From IMG/VR virus record IMGVR_UViG_2630968748_000003: a DNA stretch of 64,000 nucleotides, one strand, 5' to 3'. Positions 34,587-45,319 of the stretch are shown here, one piece after another. The first letter of the stretch is position 1. Each line of letters begins with the position of its first letter. The translations under genes were made by a program, and so were the position numbers. Source of the stretch: a virus. The notes under the pieces were generated by a model, which was not told the DNA's origin, searched no databases, and saw nothing but the letters and a program-made list of their open reading frames with translations.

Positions 34587-35261
34587 TTAAACAGCTCCTA
34601 ACGTATGAATTTTCGCCAAAACGTCTGGATCAGAAATTTTGTCGTCTGTGTCCAAGTCCATTTCGTTCACAATTCCCGTGATTACTTCTTGTGCTTCGGT
34701 TTTCTTGATAACATTATTGTCATCAATCAACTTTGTTATGTCCGCAAGTTTTGAGTCTAAATCGTCGATTTGCTTGCGAATATCTTCGGTGTCTAGTTCC
34801 GCATTCTTTGCTGTTTCTTGAATAGTCTGATACACGGAACTAATCTCATTGACAACGCTCTTTGCGTCTGAAATAAGCGAATTGCTTTCCGTACCGCCTA
34901 CACCGTCCGCCCTCTGTACATAAATAATAAAGTTAGAGGTTGAGCTACCGTCAATTCTGAAATATGTTGCCGTTGTTGATCCGGAGGACTGATAAATCTC
35001 CGCAGGTAGTTTGTATGTAAACCCAATCGGCTTGCCTAAAATATCGTTGAATATTTCAAAGTTCGATTGTTCTTTGTCTTGTATGACTTGTTCATCAAAT
35101 TTCGTGCAATCAAATTCAAATACACTGTCGGTTGTGATCGTGAGTCCCTCGTCCAATGTAACTTTGATCGTGTCTTGACTGTCGTCTTGTCTGATCCATA
35201 CAGGTTGAGCGATATATCTTTTTGCTTTGCTATCATCTAGCGTTATCTCTGTAACTGTCAT
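34587..35261 (-). CDS. BppU-like protein (copy 2)
   Basis: Identical to 2117..2791. Confidence 0.75.
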   Translation of the reverse strand: MTVTEITLDDSKAKRYIAQPVWIRQDDSQDTIKVTLDEGLTITTDSVFEFDCTKFDEQVIQDKEQSNFEIFNDILGKPIGFTYKLPAEIYQSSGSTTATYFRIDGSSTSNFIIYVQRADGVGGTESNSLISDAKSVVNEISSVYQTIQETAKNAELDTEDIRKQIDDLDSKLADITKLIDDNNVIKKTEAQEVITGIVNEMDLDTDDKISDPDVLAKIHTLGAV

Positions 35262-35271
35262 GCTTTACCTC

Positions 35272-36735
35272 CTATGAGTATTTTTTAATTCTTGTTCGGA
35301 TCATATCCTCGATACCGCTTTGCCTTGCCTCTGGTGTGAGGGCAAATGTTGAGCCGGCAACAACGGTGGAATTGTGAATATTTAATAGATTTCTATTGAT
35401 CTCTGTTATTCGTTCCTCGACGTAAACGTCTAGCCGTTCATCATACAAATAGATTGTGTCCCCAATTCCGACAGTCCCAATTTGATTGAACGACGTTTCT
35501 AATTTCCGTTTAGGTGTACACATTGTTAATAGTTTCATGTATGTTCTGGACAACAATCTTGATGAGAGGACTTCGTCATCAAATGTAACAACACCAATTC
35601 GTGGACTTCCGTCGCTGTACCCATAACTTGCGGTTGCGGACGGAACTTCCACATAGCCTTGACCTTTTGGTTTGTTGACTGGTGCCTTGGGACTTGTCCA
35701 TTCAACTTGCGTGAAATCAACTATTCGCTCTGTGGTTGCCCCACCTGTCGAGGTTGTCGAGTTGTCCTCATCTGTGATTATTTCGTTGTCATCTTGTGCC
35801 GCTGTGAAATCAACATCAATGTAATTGACGTATTGGTTTGTAGACACTCGATAATACTTTTCGTGAGTGCTTGCCTTTTCCATATACATATCTGTACGCC
35901 ATTCACTATCTTGTCCAAGTCGTCTGCCTGTGTATGGAACTAATTCACGGGTGTATAAAATAGCAAAGGTCTTATTTACCTTGACTGTTCCGGGGCTTGG
36001 TACGTCGTTCCATTGATCCGAAACGGGGGCGTCTGGTTCTTCTATTTTGAGTGTTGCTCCATAGCCGACCAACGCTGTATATATTCCCGACCTATCCTCG
36101 GTGTACTTTGATCCGGTCAAGTCTTTTCTTACGTCAAAATGTAGGTCGGTTCTATCTTCTCCTAATTGTTTGTACACGTTTATTGCTCGTTTTGTGATCG
36201 TGTTTCCTTGGAATTGATACACAAAATCAAACTCAAAGCCCCAATCTTCAACGGCTTTGCTAAGTACCGAGCTAACTGTTACGTCCTCATCATCAAACGA
36301 CTGTGGTTCGTACTCGTCGTGATCGGGCGTAACTCCAACGATCCATGTTTTTTCATTCGGCAAAGCATAGATTAATTGATCCAGTAACTCATCAACGTAC
36401 AACAACCCTGTGGTGTCGTCTTTTCCCCATATCTTGCCGACCCAAGTTGCTGTCATGTCCTCATACATTGTTTCAAAGCCTTTGAAATTGATTTCTGAAA
36501 CTGTCATGTCAAAGGTGGTAATGGAATACAGGTGTGCAAAATCGGGGTCATTTGCATAAGTGGGAACTGCAACATACCGGCTTTTTTGAGCCAACTCACT
36601 ATTTCTCTTACTAAACGGAATAGAACAATCTAATTCGTTTGCCTTGTTGATTTGAATTTTCTCTGTTCCACTAAGTTGACGATCAACAATTCCGAGTAGT
36701 GATTGAGTTTCGTCCAAAAAATAAAGTAATGTCAT
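35272..36735 (-). CDS. Tal with SLAP-like insert (copy 2)
   Basis: Identical to 2802..4265. Confidence 0.85.
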   Translation of the reverse strand: MTLLYFLDETQSLLGIVDRQLSGTEKIQINKANELDCSIPFSKRNSELAQKSRYVAVPTYANDPDFAHLYSITTFDMTVSEINFKGFETMYEDMTATWVGKIWGKDDTTGLLYVDELLDQLIYALPNEKTWIVGVTPDHDEYEPQSFDDEDVTVSSVLSKAVEDWGFEFDFVYQFQGNTITKRAINVYKQLGEDRTDLHFDVRKDLTGSKYTEDRSGIYTALVGYGATLKIEEPDAPVSDQWNDVPSPGTVKVNKTFAILYTRELVPYTGRRLGQDSEWRTDMYMEKASTHEKYYRVSTNQYVNYIDVDFTAAQDDNEIITDEDNSTTSTGGATTERIVDFTQVEWTSPKAPVNKPKGQGYVEVPSATASYGYSDGSPRIGVVTFDDEVLSSRLLSRTYMKLLTMCTPKRKLETSFNQIGTVGIGDTIYLYDERLDVYVEERITEINRNLLNIHNSTVVAGSTFALTPEARQSGIEDMIRTRIKKYS

Positions 36736-37541
36736 AACAGTTTCCCTCCTATTTTAATAGTGACCGAGCAATTTCGACTTGTAACAATTGTGCTACCTTT
36801 CTTTATTGCAAAGTCTTGTATTTGACTTATGTACATCAGTTTTGCAGGTGTTGGTTGTCCAAAGTAATAAACATATTTATTCTCTGGATCATTAGGAATA
36901 ACCGTTACCTCGTCCCTATTTGAATATGAACCCTCAATAAATATTTCATGCCCGTTCCCGTCTTGAATGTATGTGTTTTGAACGTCGTCCGTATAATTGA
37001 ACGTGATTTCTTGTGGTTGTGTGTAGTACGGAATTTCGTTTGTGATCGTGAACGTTCCACTTCCTGTGATTTCATACGGGTGTTTTGGATATTTGAACGG
37101 GTCAATACAAGTGATCGTGAATGTTGAAAAGCCCTCATTCACACCGGACGGAAATTCTTCCACGGCACTAACTGCACCTATCCAGTAATACTCTGGTTCA
37201 TCACGGAAATAGAACTTGAAAACTTCCCGTGTAAACAATTGTTGGTTCAATAAATTAAAACTGTAACGGAACTCCGTCGAGTTCTTTGCAGCTAGTAGAT
37301 ATTTGACCTTTATTTCTCTTGTCGGTAGTCGTCTGTTTAAGATGAAACCGCCGTCGTAATAATCGCTCTCATGAACGTTTAATTCCGGCGTAGCTAATTC
37401 CCTACCACTTACTTGAACTGTCTGATAGCCATTCACAATGCTTTCAATCGGCAAGTCTGTGTCCATGAAATACATTGCCTCCGTCGGCATGAATAAATCG
37501 TCATCATTCGATACACGATCAAGATTTCTAAATTTATACAT
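36732..37541 (-). CDS. Dit (copy 2)
   Basis: Identical to 4262..5071. Confidence 0.9.
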   Translation of the reverse strand: MYKFRNLDRVSNDDDLFMPTEAMYFMDTDLPIESIVNGYQTVQVSGRELATPELNVHESDYYDGGFILNRRLPTREIKVKYLLAAKNSTEFRYSFNLLNQQLFTREVFKFYFRDEPEYYWIGAVSAVEEFPSGVNEGFSTFTITCIDPFKYPKHPYEITGSGTFTITNEIPYYTQPQEITFNYTDDVQNTYIQDGNGHEIFIEGSYSNRDEVTVIPNDPENKYVYYFGQPTPAKLMYISQIQDFAIKKGSTIVTSRNCSVTIKIGGKLL

Positions 37542-37544
37542 GAA

Positions 37545-40391
37545 CTAGAACCCCCTCCCGAAACGTTGTTGAATGTTTAAATCTTGTTGACTTGTAATGT
37601 CATCAGTAAATGTTGAGAACGAAGAACCGCCCATTGTTAGGTTGATATATGCCGGTTGAGCTGCAAGAGTCATATCTCCACTAACACTTGCTTGCATTCC
37701 TGTTTGCAACTGTCTGTTTGCTGAATTGATGGCTCCGGAAATATTGCTAATCCCAATATCTGGTTGCATTAGTTCACTGATTCTATCTGCCATACCAGAA
37801 ACATGGGATTTTACCTCTTTAAATCCATGGACTAATCCGCCATTTAATCCACCCATGATTGCATTACCGGCAGGAATTAACAGTTTTCTATCATACTGGA
37901 TTGGACCCTTGTGATCTTTTATCCAACTACCAATACCACCGATAAACTTTTTGACACTTTCAAAAGCTGAACGCAGTCCCTTTTCAAAACTCTTGATAAT
38001 TGCACGGCCTGCCTCTCCTAGATCTATATCACCTAATTTATCAAATAGTCTTTTTATCGAGTTTATAACATCAGAAACAATTTTCCTCATAGCATTCATT
38101 GCGTTAGATAGTGCCTCTTTCATACCACTCCAGACGTCCTGAGCAAATGATTTAATGCCGTTCCAGGTATTTGTCCAAAAAGTTTTAATTGAATTAAGGA
38201 CTGCTGAGATGACAGACAGTACTGCAGTGATACTTGCTTGAATAACAGCTATAATTCCATCCCATATTGCTTGGGCAACAGACATTATCCCATTCCAAAT
38301 ACTCGACCAAATAGAGGCAATCGCACTTAACACAGAAGAAATGATGGAGACTATTGCACTTAAAACAGTAGAGATCACTGTGGAAATCATATTCCAAACC
38401 TCTGAAACAATAGAAACGAGTGCATTCCATGCTCCACCCCAATCTCCTTGAATTACTGCCATAACCAATTGAATCACGCTGGCAATTACATTCAATGCAG
38501 TTGAAACAACCGTACTGATAACTGTCCAAACGGATTGAACAACCACTACTAAAATCTGCCAACCCGTTTGGAAAATGGTTTGCATTATTGTCATGTATGT
38601 CTGTACTACGGTAACTATTGTTGTCCAAACCGTGGTAAATATTGTTGCTATCCCAGACCATAATGCCGTGAAGAATGGTGCAATCGGTGTCCATATCATT
38701 TGTATGAATTGAACTAAGGTGTTCCACAAGTTTTGAATGGAGCTAATTATTGGAGTTAGTCCTGTGACAATAGAATTCCAAACATTAGTAAAAAACTCAC
38801 CAATGCTGGAAAACAGTGTTGTAAGAAAGTCGACTAACCCTTGCCAAGCCTGTTGAATAAACCCAACTGTGGTTGAAACTATTGTTTTGCCTGTTTTTGT
38901 TGTGGTTAAAAATGCAACTACGGCACCAACGGCACCCGCTATTGCAGTTACAATTAATCCAATTGGTCCAGTTAATGCAAATATTCCAGCCGCCAAAACA
39001 ACTAATCCAGTTCCAGCTAAAATTAGCTGACCTTTCGTTGTCCCTAATAAATCGTTAAATAATTGGAATACACTAGTTGACGAACTAACATCTACTCCCA
39101 TTGCTTGTAATCCACTTGATATACCTTGTATTGCACTGTCAAAGCCACCATGAATGGTCTTAGCAATGTTATCAATAGCCTGTCTAAATGGTTCTGACGT
39201 TGTGTAAGCCTTGTAAAAAGCAACCGCTAAAAGCGCAATTCCTGCCGCTATTAATCCAATTGGACTGAGAATAAAACTAAATGCTGAACCTAGGTTCTTT
39301 AATCCAATAACAGTTGCATTTAGTTGGGGAGCAATTGTACTAAATGCCATTAATCCCATGACACCAGTCGAAACCGCTGTTAATAAACCTGAAAGTGGTG
39401 AGAGTGAACCCCCAAAATTCTTAAAATTACTAATTACACCCGGAATAGATCCATTTAGTTTTTGAAAACCTGCGTCAATAAGATTTTGTCCCTTGTTAAT
39501 GTTATCCGCCATTGTTGGGAATCCGTTGCTTGTCAATCCTTTATCAATTGCAGTAAGCATATTTGCCATACCACGAGTTACCGCATTTTGAAGGTTATCA
39601 AAACTTGTTTGAATACCTCCCGAAGCGGTCCGGGCTTGACTAGCGAAACCACTGACGCCACTGTCTAGTTCAACAAATTTTTGATTCAATTGATCCACAG
39701 TTATTGATCCGTCCTGTAAGGCGGCATATAAGTCATTTGTTGCACTTCTACCGGCATAACCGAATGCCTCAGCGACCTTTTTGAGTGCTGACGGCATGGT
39801 TTCTTGTAGCGTACGCCAGCTCATTAGATCTACCTTACCCGACGATAGCATTTGAGTATACTGCTGTAATCCACGGGCGGCGTCCGCTGCACTTGATCCA
39901 CTCGCAAGGAAAGCGTCATTCAATGCGATTGTTGTCTTTGCAGCCGTGTCAACGTCCCCAGTGATAGAGGCGAATTGTTGCGTGGTTGAAACAACGTCAT
40001 CAAGAGCGGTAGGCAAGCCTTTGATACCATTTTGCAAAGTGTCCATTGACTTGCTTACGTCCTTAGCTGAATAGCCCAATTGCTCCATTACCTTTGGATA
40101 TTGGTTCAAGGTATCGAAACGGGAAATAGCTCCACTAACCGAGTTCTTAACCATATCAACCGCTTTACCGACAAGTTGCATTGCTCCGATACCTGCTGCA
40201 ATGTTCAAAATTGAGCTACGAGCTTGATCGGCTTTTTGACTCAACCCGTCCATTGATCGGTTTGCACCGTCGAAACTTGATCCGGCATTCTTGCCGAACC
40301 CATTCAATGAGTTTGCAGCATTCTTCAATGTGTTTGAAAAGCCTTTGTCTTGTAGTGATAGAACACCCTCAACGTTAAAACTTTGACCCAT
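37545..40391 (-). CDS. Tape measure protein (copy 2)
   Basis: Identical to 5075..7921. Confidence 0.97.
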   Translation of the reverse strand: MGQSFNVEGVLSLQDKGFSNTLKNAANSLNGFGKNAGSSFDGANRSMDGLSQKADQARSSILNIAAGIGAMQLVGKAVDMVKNSVSGAISRFDTLNQYPKVMEQLGYSAKDVSKSMDTLQNGIKGLPTALDDVVSTTQQFASITGDVDTAAKTTIALNDAFLASGSSAADAARGLQQYTQMLSSGKVDLMSWRTLQETMPSALKKVAEAFGYAGRSATNDLYAALQDGSITVDQLNQKFVELDSGVSGFASQARTASGGIQTSFDNLQNAVTRGMANMLTAIDKGLTSNGFPTMADNINKGQNLIDAGFQKLNGSIPGVISNFKNFGGSLSPLSGLLTAVSTGVMGLMAFSTIAPQLNATVIGLKNLGSAFSFILSPIGLIAAGIALLAVAFYKAYTTSEPFRQAIDNIAKTIHGGFDSAIQGISSGLQAMGVDVSSSTSVFQLFNDLLGTTKGQLILAGTGLVVLAAGIFALTGPIGLIVTAIAGAVGAVVAFLTTTKTGKTIVSTTVGFIQQAWQGLVDFLTTLFSSIGEFFTNVWNSIVTGLTPIISSIQNLWNTLVQFIQMIWTPIAPFFTALWSGIATIFTTVWTTIVTVVQTYMTIMQTIFQTGWQILVVVVQSVWTVISTVVSTALNVIASVIQLVMAVIQGDWGGAWNALVSIVSEVWNMISTVISTVLSAIVSIISSVLSAIASIWSSIWNGIMSVAQAIWDGIIAVIQASITAVLSVISAVLNSIKTFWTNTWNGIKSFAQDVWSGMKEALSNAMNAMRKIVSDVINSIKRLFDKLGDIDLGEAGRAIIKSFEKGLRSAFESVKKFIGGIGSWIKDHKGPIQYDRKLLIPAGNAIMGGLNGGLVHGFKEVKSHVSGMADRISELMQPDIGISNISGAINSANRQLQTGMQASVSGDMTLAAQPAYINLTMGGSSFSTFTDDITSQQDLNIQQRFGRGF

Positions 40392-40429
40392 AATTCCTCC
40401 TCTCTAGCAAAAAAGGGACAACACGAAAT

Positions 40430-40822
40430 TTAATTCGGTTGCCCCTTTTGTTTTTGCTTCTCTTTTTGTTTTTCTCGTTCTCTGTATATTTGTAGTATTT
40501 CGTCCTGTTCCCTTTGTTCTGACTCATGTTCTGACTCATTAAGGGGAATGTAATTAGGATCAAAACTCTTGTGAACATTATTTTTGTAAGCTGTCGAGTC
40601 GAAAAATTCATCAAACTTCGTGTACTTCGGTTTAGGGTGCTTAGATGAACCCTTGGTTGCCTGTACTGTCTGATTGAGCCACGCTTGCAAAGCAATGTTC
40701 TCTTGTTCATCTATCCGTGTGATCTGGTACGCCTCTAAACGCAAGAAATACTCCTGTATGCTCATTTTGGATATTTCGACTAGGTCTGTTAGTCCAAAAC
40801 GAGAAATTGCATTCAAGAGCAT
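40430..40822 (-). CDS. gpT-like chaperone ORF (copy 2)
   Basis: Identical to 7960..8352. Confidence 0.8.
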   Translation of the reverse strand: MLLNAISRFGLTDLVEISKMSIQEYFLRLEAYQITRIDEQENIALQAWLNQTVQATKGSSKHPKPKYTKFDEFFDSTAYKNNVHKSFDPNYIPLNESEHESEQREQDEILQIYREREKQKEKQKQKGQPN

Positions 40823-40866
40823 TTCCCTGTACGTTTGCTCGGAACTGATCGGCTTTTTATTGCCGT

Positions 40867-41208
40867 CTAGTTCTGTGTTAGCTTGTTGACTGAAAAGCGA
40901 ACCACTGGCGATTTTTTTAGTTCTGCCAAAACGTCCGTGAATAGTTTTTCAATTTGCTTGTCTGTTTGTGATCCAACTGCATTTGCTACGTCGTCATAAC
41001 TTGGACGAGGGTTATCGGCATGAGTTGCACAATAGAGAGCGTTAATCAATGCAAGCATGTCCCAACCTTTCAATGCAGGTAATGTTCTTGTGAGAGCCAT
41101 TCCCATTGAAATGCCTTGCACGTCAACACCTGCAACCTTGTCGAGTTCTCTCAAAAAACCGATACCGAAATTCAATTCAAATTCTTTGTCGTTTACTTTA
41201 ATGTTCAT
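40867..41208 (-). CDS. Tail assembly chaperone (copy 2)
   Basis: Identical to 8397..8738. Confidence 0.85.
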   Translation of the reverse strand: MNIKVNDKEFELNFGIGFLRELDKVAGVDVQGISMGMALTRTLPALKGWDMLALINALYCATHADNPRPSYDDVANAVGSQTDKQIEKLFTDVLAELKKSPVVRFSVNKLTQN

Positions 41209-41233
41209 AATTGTTCTCCTAATTAGTTAGTTT

Positions 41234-41830
41234 TTATTCTGTGGCTGGTGCTTTTGGTTGGTTTGCTCCGTCGGCTTCTTCGTCGTACTTAGTACCGCCT
41301 GCGGTGTCGTTGTCGTCCTTAGCAATATCCAAACCACGGAAAATATAATCAAAGTCGGCTTGTTGATCGTCTGAAAGTGAAAGCCAACCGTCTTTTGGTG
41401 TGCCGTCAACTGTGAAAGTAACATCACGTGTTGAAAGGTCATCGGCGTCGTTGTCGTTGCTATCTTCGTTTACTGAACCTCTCATATACCATGCGTAAAC
41501 TTCCTTTGTTGAACCGTCCGTATTTGTCTTGATACGGTCTTTGTTTACGATCCATGCCTCAACCTTGCGACCGTCAAATAATGCGTGTCTGATTTTATCA
41601 GCAATGAAATGGTTGTTGTTTACGAACTCAACTTCAAGTTCTGTCTCAACGCTTGATTGAGAGGAAACTGATCCATCTTTAGTAGCTGTTGAATCAGAGT
41701 CAACACTTGGGTCAAAACTCAATGATGTCTGATAAGGAACAAGTTGAGCCTCCATCTTTGCTTGGTCCTCTAAAAGACGGACAAACAATACTGCATTTTT
41801 ACCTTGTAATTTAACTAATTGTTCTGCCAT
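41234..41830 (-). CDS. Major tail protein (copy 2)
   Basis: Identical to 8764..9360. Confidence 0.9.
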   Translation of the reverse strand: MAEQLVKLQGKNAVLFVRLLEDQAKMEAQLVPYQTSLSFDPSVDSDSTATKDGSVSSQSSVETELEVEFVNNNHFIADKIRHALFDGRKVEAWIVNKDRIKTNTDGSTKEVYAWYMRGSVNEDSNDNDADDLSTRDVTFTVDGTPKDGWLSLSDDQQADFDYIFRGLDIAKDDNDTAGGTKYDEEADGANQPKAPATE

Positions 41831-41844
41831 GTTTTAACTCTCCT

Positions 41845-42243
41845 TTAAATTATTTCAAAATGTAAATTCATGATTCCATGTAAGAGGATTTGACCCTCAA
41901 CACTGTAATCTGTAACGAGTCTTGTTTCTGATCGTTGCATATCAAAAACAGTCGTGTAATTCTTGGTGCTTTTAATTTTTACCGCCTCATGTAAGAAGTC
42001 ATTCATCATATTGGATATAACTGCACGATTGCTTGCGTTATTCCATAAATCAATATCAAGTTCTAAATTGCCATCTAAGCTGTTTTTCGTGCTATCAGGT
42101 GTAAGAGAAGTATCTCCAATAATAACGAACGGGTAAGGTACGTTTTCCTCTTCGGTAGGCAAATAGTCGTAGGTGTCAAACCCTTTATTTGTCGAATATT
42201 TAAAAAAATAATTGAATATTTCTAACTCTGGGGAAAATATCAT
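41845..42243 (-). CDS. Tail terminator (copy 2)
   Basis: Identical to 9375..9773. Confidence 0.8.
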   Translation of the reverse strand: MIFSPELEIFNYFFKYSTNKGFDTYDYLPTEEENVPYPFVIIGDTSLTPDSTKNSLDGNLELDIDLWNNASNRAVISNMMNDFLHEAVKIKSTKNYTTVFDMQRSETRLVTDYSVEGQILLHGIMNLHFEII

Positions 42244-42632
42244 GATCCCTCCGCCGCCTTTTTTATTCTTGATAGAAATACAGGGTAAACACTATCCAAT
42301 GCAGGCTTTAGAGTCGGTTCTTTTGCCATGAAACGAGTTCCAAGTTCGACGTATTGGAAATATTCCGTTTCCGGTCTAATAATTCCCTTTAGTCCGCTGT
42401 CCTCAAAGTAGATATTTGTCATCTTCTTTGTTTGACCCGTTGAAATTCGTTTTCCTGCCTTGCTACCGCTCTTATACGTCTTGGTGTATGTAGTTCCCAT
42501 ATTCCGTTTGGTTTTCTCTTGTACCTCAACCGTGGACTTCCTAACGACACTGACAAACCTCTTCATGTCTGACTGTTCGGTTAGTTTGACCTTTGCTTTG
42601 TTCAGTCCGACAAACTTCACTTTCATTCCCAT
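42240..42632 (-). CDS. HK97 gp10-like protein (copy 2)
   Basis: Identical to 9770..10162. Confidence 0.85.
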   Translation of the reverse strand: MGMKVKFVGLNKAKVKLTEQSDMKRFVSVVRKSTVEVQEKTKRNMGTTYTKTYKSGSKAGKRISTGQTKKMTNIYFEDSGLKGIIRPETEYFQYVELGTRFMAKEPTLKPALDSVYPVFLSRIKKAAEGS

Positions 42633-42937
42633 TAGGAAATACCAACTTGGAAACTCTTCACTTTTGAGGTGGAGGTTTTAGTTTTCTTGATCCAGTGTTG
42701 CGTATCATTCCCAATCAACAAAAAAGACCAGTTGAAATTGATACTTTCAACTAGCCTTATTGTTTTTGTTTGAATGTTATAGTTGCCGAACGTTTCAACA
42801 TTACGTTGAACGCCGTTGTCTGTTACGTTTGCCCAACACTTGAACACTTCTGTTGGTGTTGAGTCATGTTGACCTGTTTCCGGGTTGTATTTGTTGCTCG
42901 GATCAGTGTAAAACGTGATCGGAGTATCAAATCGCAT
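42632..42937 (-). CDS. Head closure protein (copy 2)
   Basis: Identical to 10162..10467. Confidence 0.75.
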   Translation of the reverse strand: MRFDTPITFYTDPSNKYNPETGQHDSTPTEVFKCWANVTDNGVQRNVETFGNYNIQTKTIRLVESINFNWSFLLIGNDTQHWIKKTKTSTSKVKSFQVGIS

Positions 42938-43304
42938 TAGTATTTCCTCCCGAATGAATACGGGTCAACAAACTTGATCGTAGGCAACGGGTTCTCTGAA
43001 TGTTCTTTCAAATAGTCCGTAATGTCGTTTTCAAAGCCCGAAAAGTCATCATCACTAAACGTAATACTTTCTCCGTCCTGTGAATAAGAGGTCATGCCCT
43101 CGTTACTCATGCGGTTGTATCGTCTGATAGACACCTCAAACAATATAAATTCCAAAGAGCTTGGCACGTCCTCTGTGGTATGTAGTTTAGACTTCAATCG
43201 TTGAGTAGTTCGTTTAATGATTAGGTTTAACAGCTTATCACGATCATTATTTGAAATAGACAAGGCGGTTTAATGTCATCTAGTAGCGTAGTTTCTTCTG
43301 CCAT
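42937..43304 (-). pseudogene. Head-tail connector (copy 2), frameshifted as assembled
   Basis: 1-bp deletion near 43270 versus copy 1; probable sequencing error. Confidence 0.8.
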
Positions 43305-43312
43305 ATTTCCAC

Positions 43313-43470
43313 CTATCCTTTCGTCGTGAATGTTGATGAATGAATAACTTTTTTCCTTTTCGTAATTCCATGACTTGCTCTGATCCTGCTTTAAGACCTG
43401 TCAAATGGACTGTATCTCCCAATTTAAAGTCTTTTTTAATTAGCTTGTCATTACAATATAAGTCTGCCAT
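43313..43470 (-). pseudogene. FN3-like small protein (copy 2), frameshifted as assembled
   Basis: 1-bp deletion near 43350. Confidence 0.7.
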
Positions 43471-43537
43471 TTAAACACCCCTAACGTCTGCTGTTGTCTT
43501 TGTAGCGTTTGCTACTTCAACTCCGGCAACTTCGGGA

Positions 43538-44424
43538 CTAGCTGGGAGAGTCTGTTCCTGCCTCTGCTGAAATAGTAGATACAATGATACCGTCCAAACG
43601 TTCTGGTAATAGCAAGAGAGCGTCTGCAACAACACTTTCGTATGATAGTGAGTCGTTCTTAGGTTCGTGAGCAATTCCAACGAGTCCTGTTTGATCGGTT
43701 GTAAAGTTGAATGCTTGTGAGAGTGATCCACCGTTCAAATGTTGCAAAGTATAAGTTTAGGTTTTGTGAAGCTGTAACGTAAATTGTACCTGCTGGAACG
43801 TTGTTACTCATGATTAAAGTATTTACACCAAGGAAATTTTGAATGTAAGTCATACCGAATACTGTTTGAACTGTTACAGGTGCTGAACCAATGTAATCAT
43901 AAAAATCAATAGGGTTGACTAATGCAACAGAGGTAACGTCCTCGGTCCTCGAATGCAACTGCGAGTTGACCCAAGCCTTTTGCAAGTGATTGTTGAAAGC
44001 TGCTCCTGTTGCCTTACCAGTTCCGTTTGCAAATTCGTCGAACAATTCTTTCTTGATATTCTTTTGAATTGCTTGAGTAGTTCGGAGTCTGTGTCTGCAA
44101 CGCACCTTGAAATCCACTTGATTGAATTGCTTCCGCAGTTACATTCTTGCGCCATTTGTTAAAGGTTAATTCCTTAGTGTCTGATAGTTCTTTTTTGACT
44201 TCTGATAATGGAATAACTTCGCCTCTGCAACCTTTTCGTCTGCAAGAGTAACTGTTGACTTGTAAATCTTCACTGTTGATCCTAATGCAAGAGCTTGTTT
44301 GCGTGTGATACCGAGAACTTTCATTAATGTTGTAAGTCCCTCGTGAATTGTTCTACGAAATCAACTGATTGTGGAATTAACTGTCTTTTGTAACTGTCTT
44401 TTCGTCTACTGCCATGGTGTCCAT
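43538..44424 (-). pseudogene. Major capsid protein (copy 2), frameshifted as assembled
   Basis: 8 single-base indels versus copy 1; probable sequencing errors. Confidence 0.85.
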
Positions 44425-44434
44425 GACCTCCTAA

Positions 44435-45052
44435 TTATTTATATTCGGGGAATAGGTTCATATTCTCCGCAATTTTTCTTGTCGTTCTTGTGGATCAACG
44501 ATTGCCATAATTTCATCACGTGTGATCGTGGAACGTTGACCCGAAATTCTTGGTGTTGCTCCCTTTGTTAGTTCCTTGGTTGTTTCGTCTTTGATTGATT
44601 GAATGAACTAACCAATTTACCAACGTGGTTTTTGTGCTGTCGGCTTGATCGGTTGTAACCAAGTCTAATGCCCTCGTCGCTTGCTGTGATCCCTTGTTCT
44701 TGAACATTGAACTAGCGGTATCACGCATTCGATAAGTTGCAAGTTCCGCCTTTGCTTTGTCTGCCTCGGCTTGTACTTGCTGTAATTGATACTTTGTTTC
44801 TCGTCGGAGTTCATTTTTGCTAACTTCTTAGCCTCGTCAACTTCGTGTTGTCGTTCTTTTCCGCTCTGTCCAACTTTTGTTGAACAATTGCGTTGACCTC
44901 CTCATCAGTGTATTTTTTCCACCGGTCTTTTCTTGATCGTCGTTGTTATCTTTGTGATCGTCTGTCTTATTTTCTTCCGGTGTTGCAACCCCTGTGTTTC
45001 GGTCTTGTTTGTTCAACTCTTCGGTTGATTGAGTATCTGTTTGGTTATCCAT
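44435..45052 (-). pseudogene. Scaffold protein (copy 2), frameshifted as assembled
   Basis: 8 single-base indels versus copy 1. Confidence 0.85.
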
Positions 45053-45319
45053 AAATAAATTCTCCTATCCATTAGCTTTTAACGTGGATCAATGCTTGCA
45101 CATTCCATATCTTTTAAAGTGATAAATGCTTGCACTTTGCTACACCATAGCTTTTTACGTCTTCAATGCTTGGACGTACAAAAAAAGCACTCAACCGTTT
45201 TGGTTGAATGCTTAATATTTGATACTTACAAAATCATATCTTTTGGATCAGTAGGTTTGAACGGTTGTTTGTTCAAAATTGCTTTTTCCATTTCGCTACA
45301 TGCTTTTTCAATGTCGTTG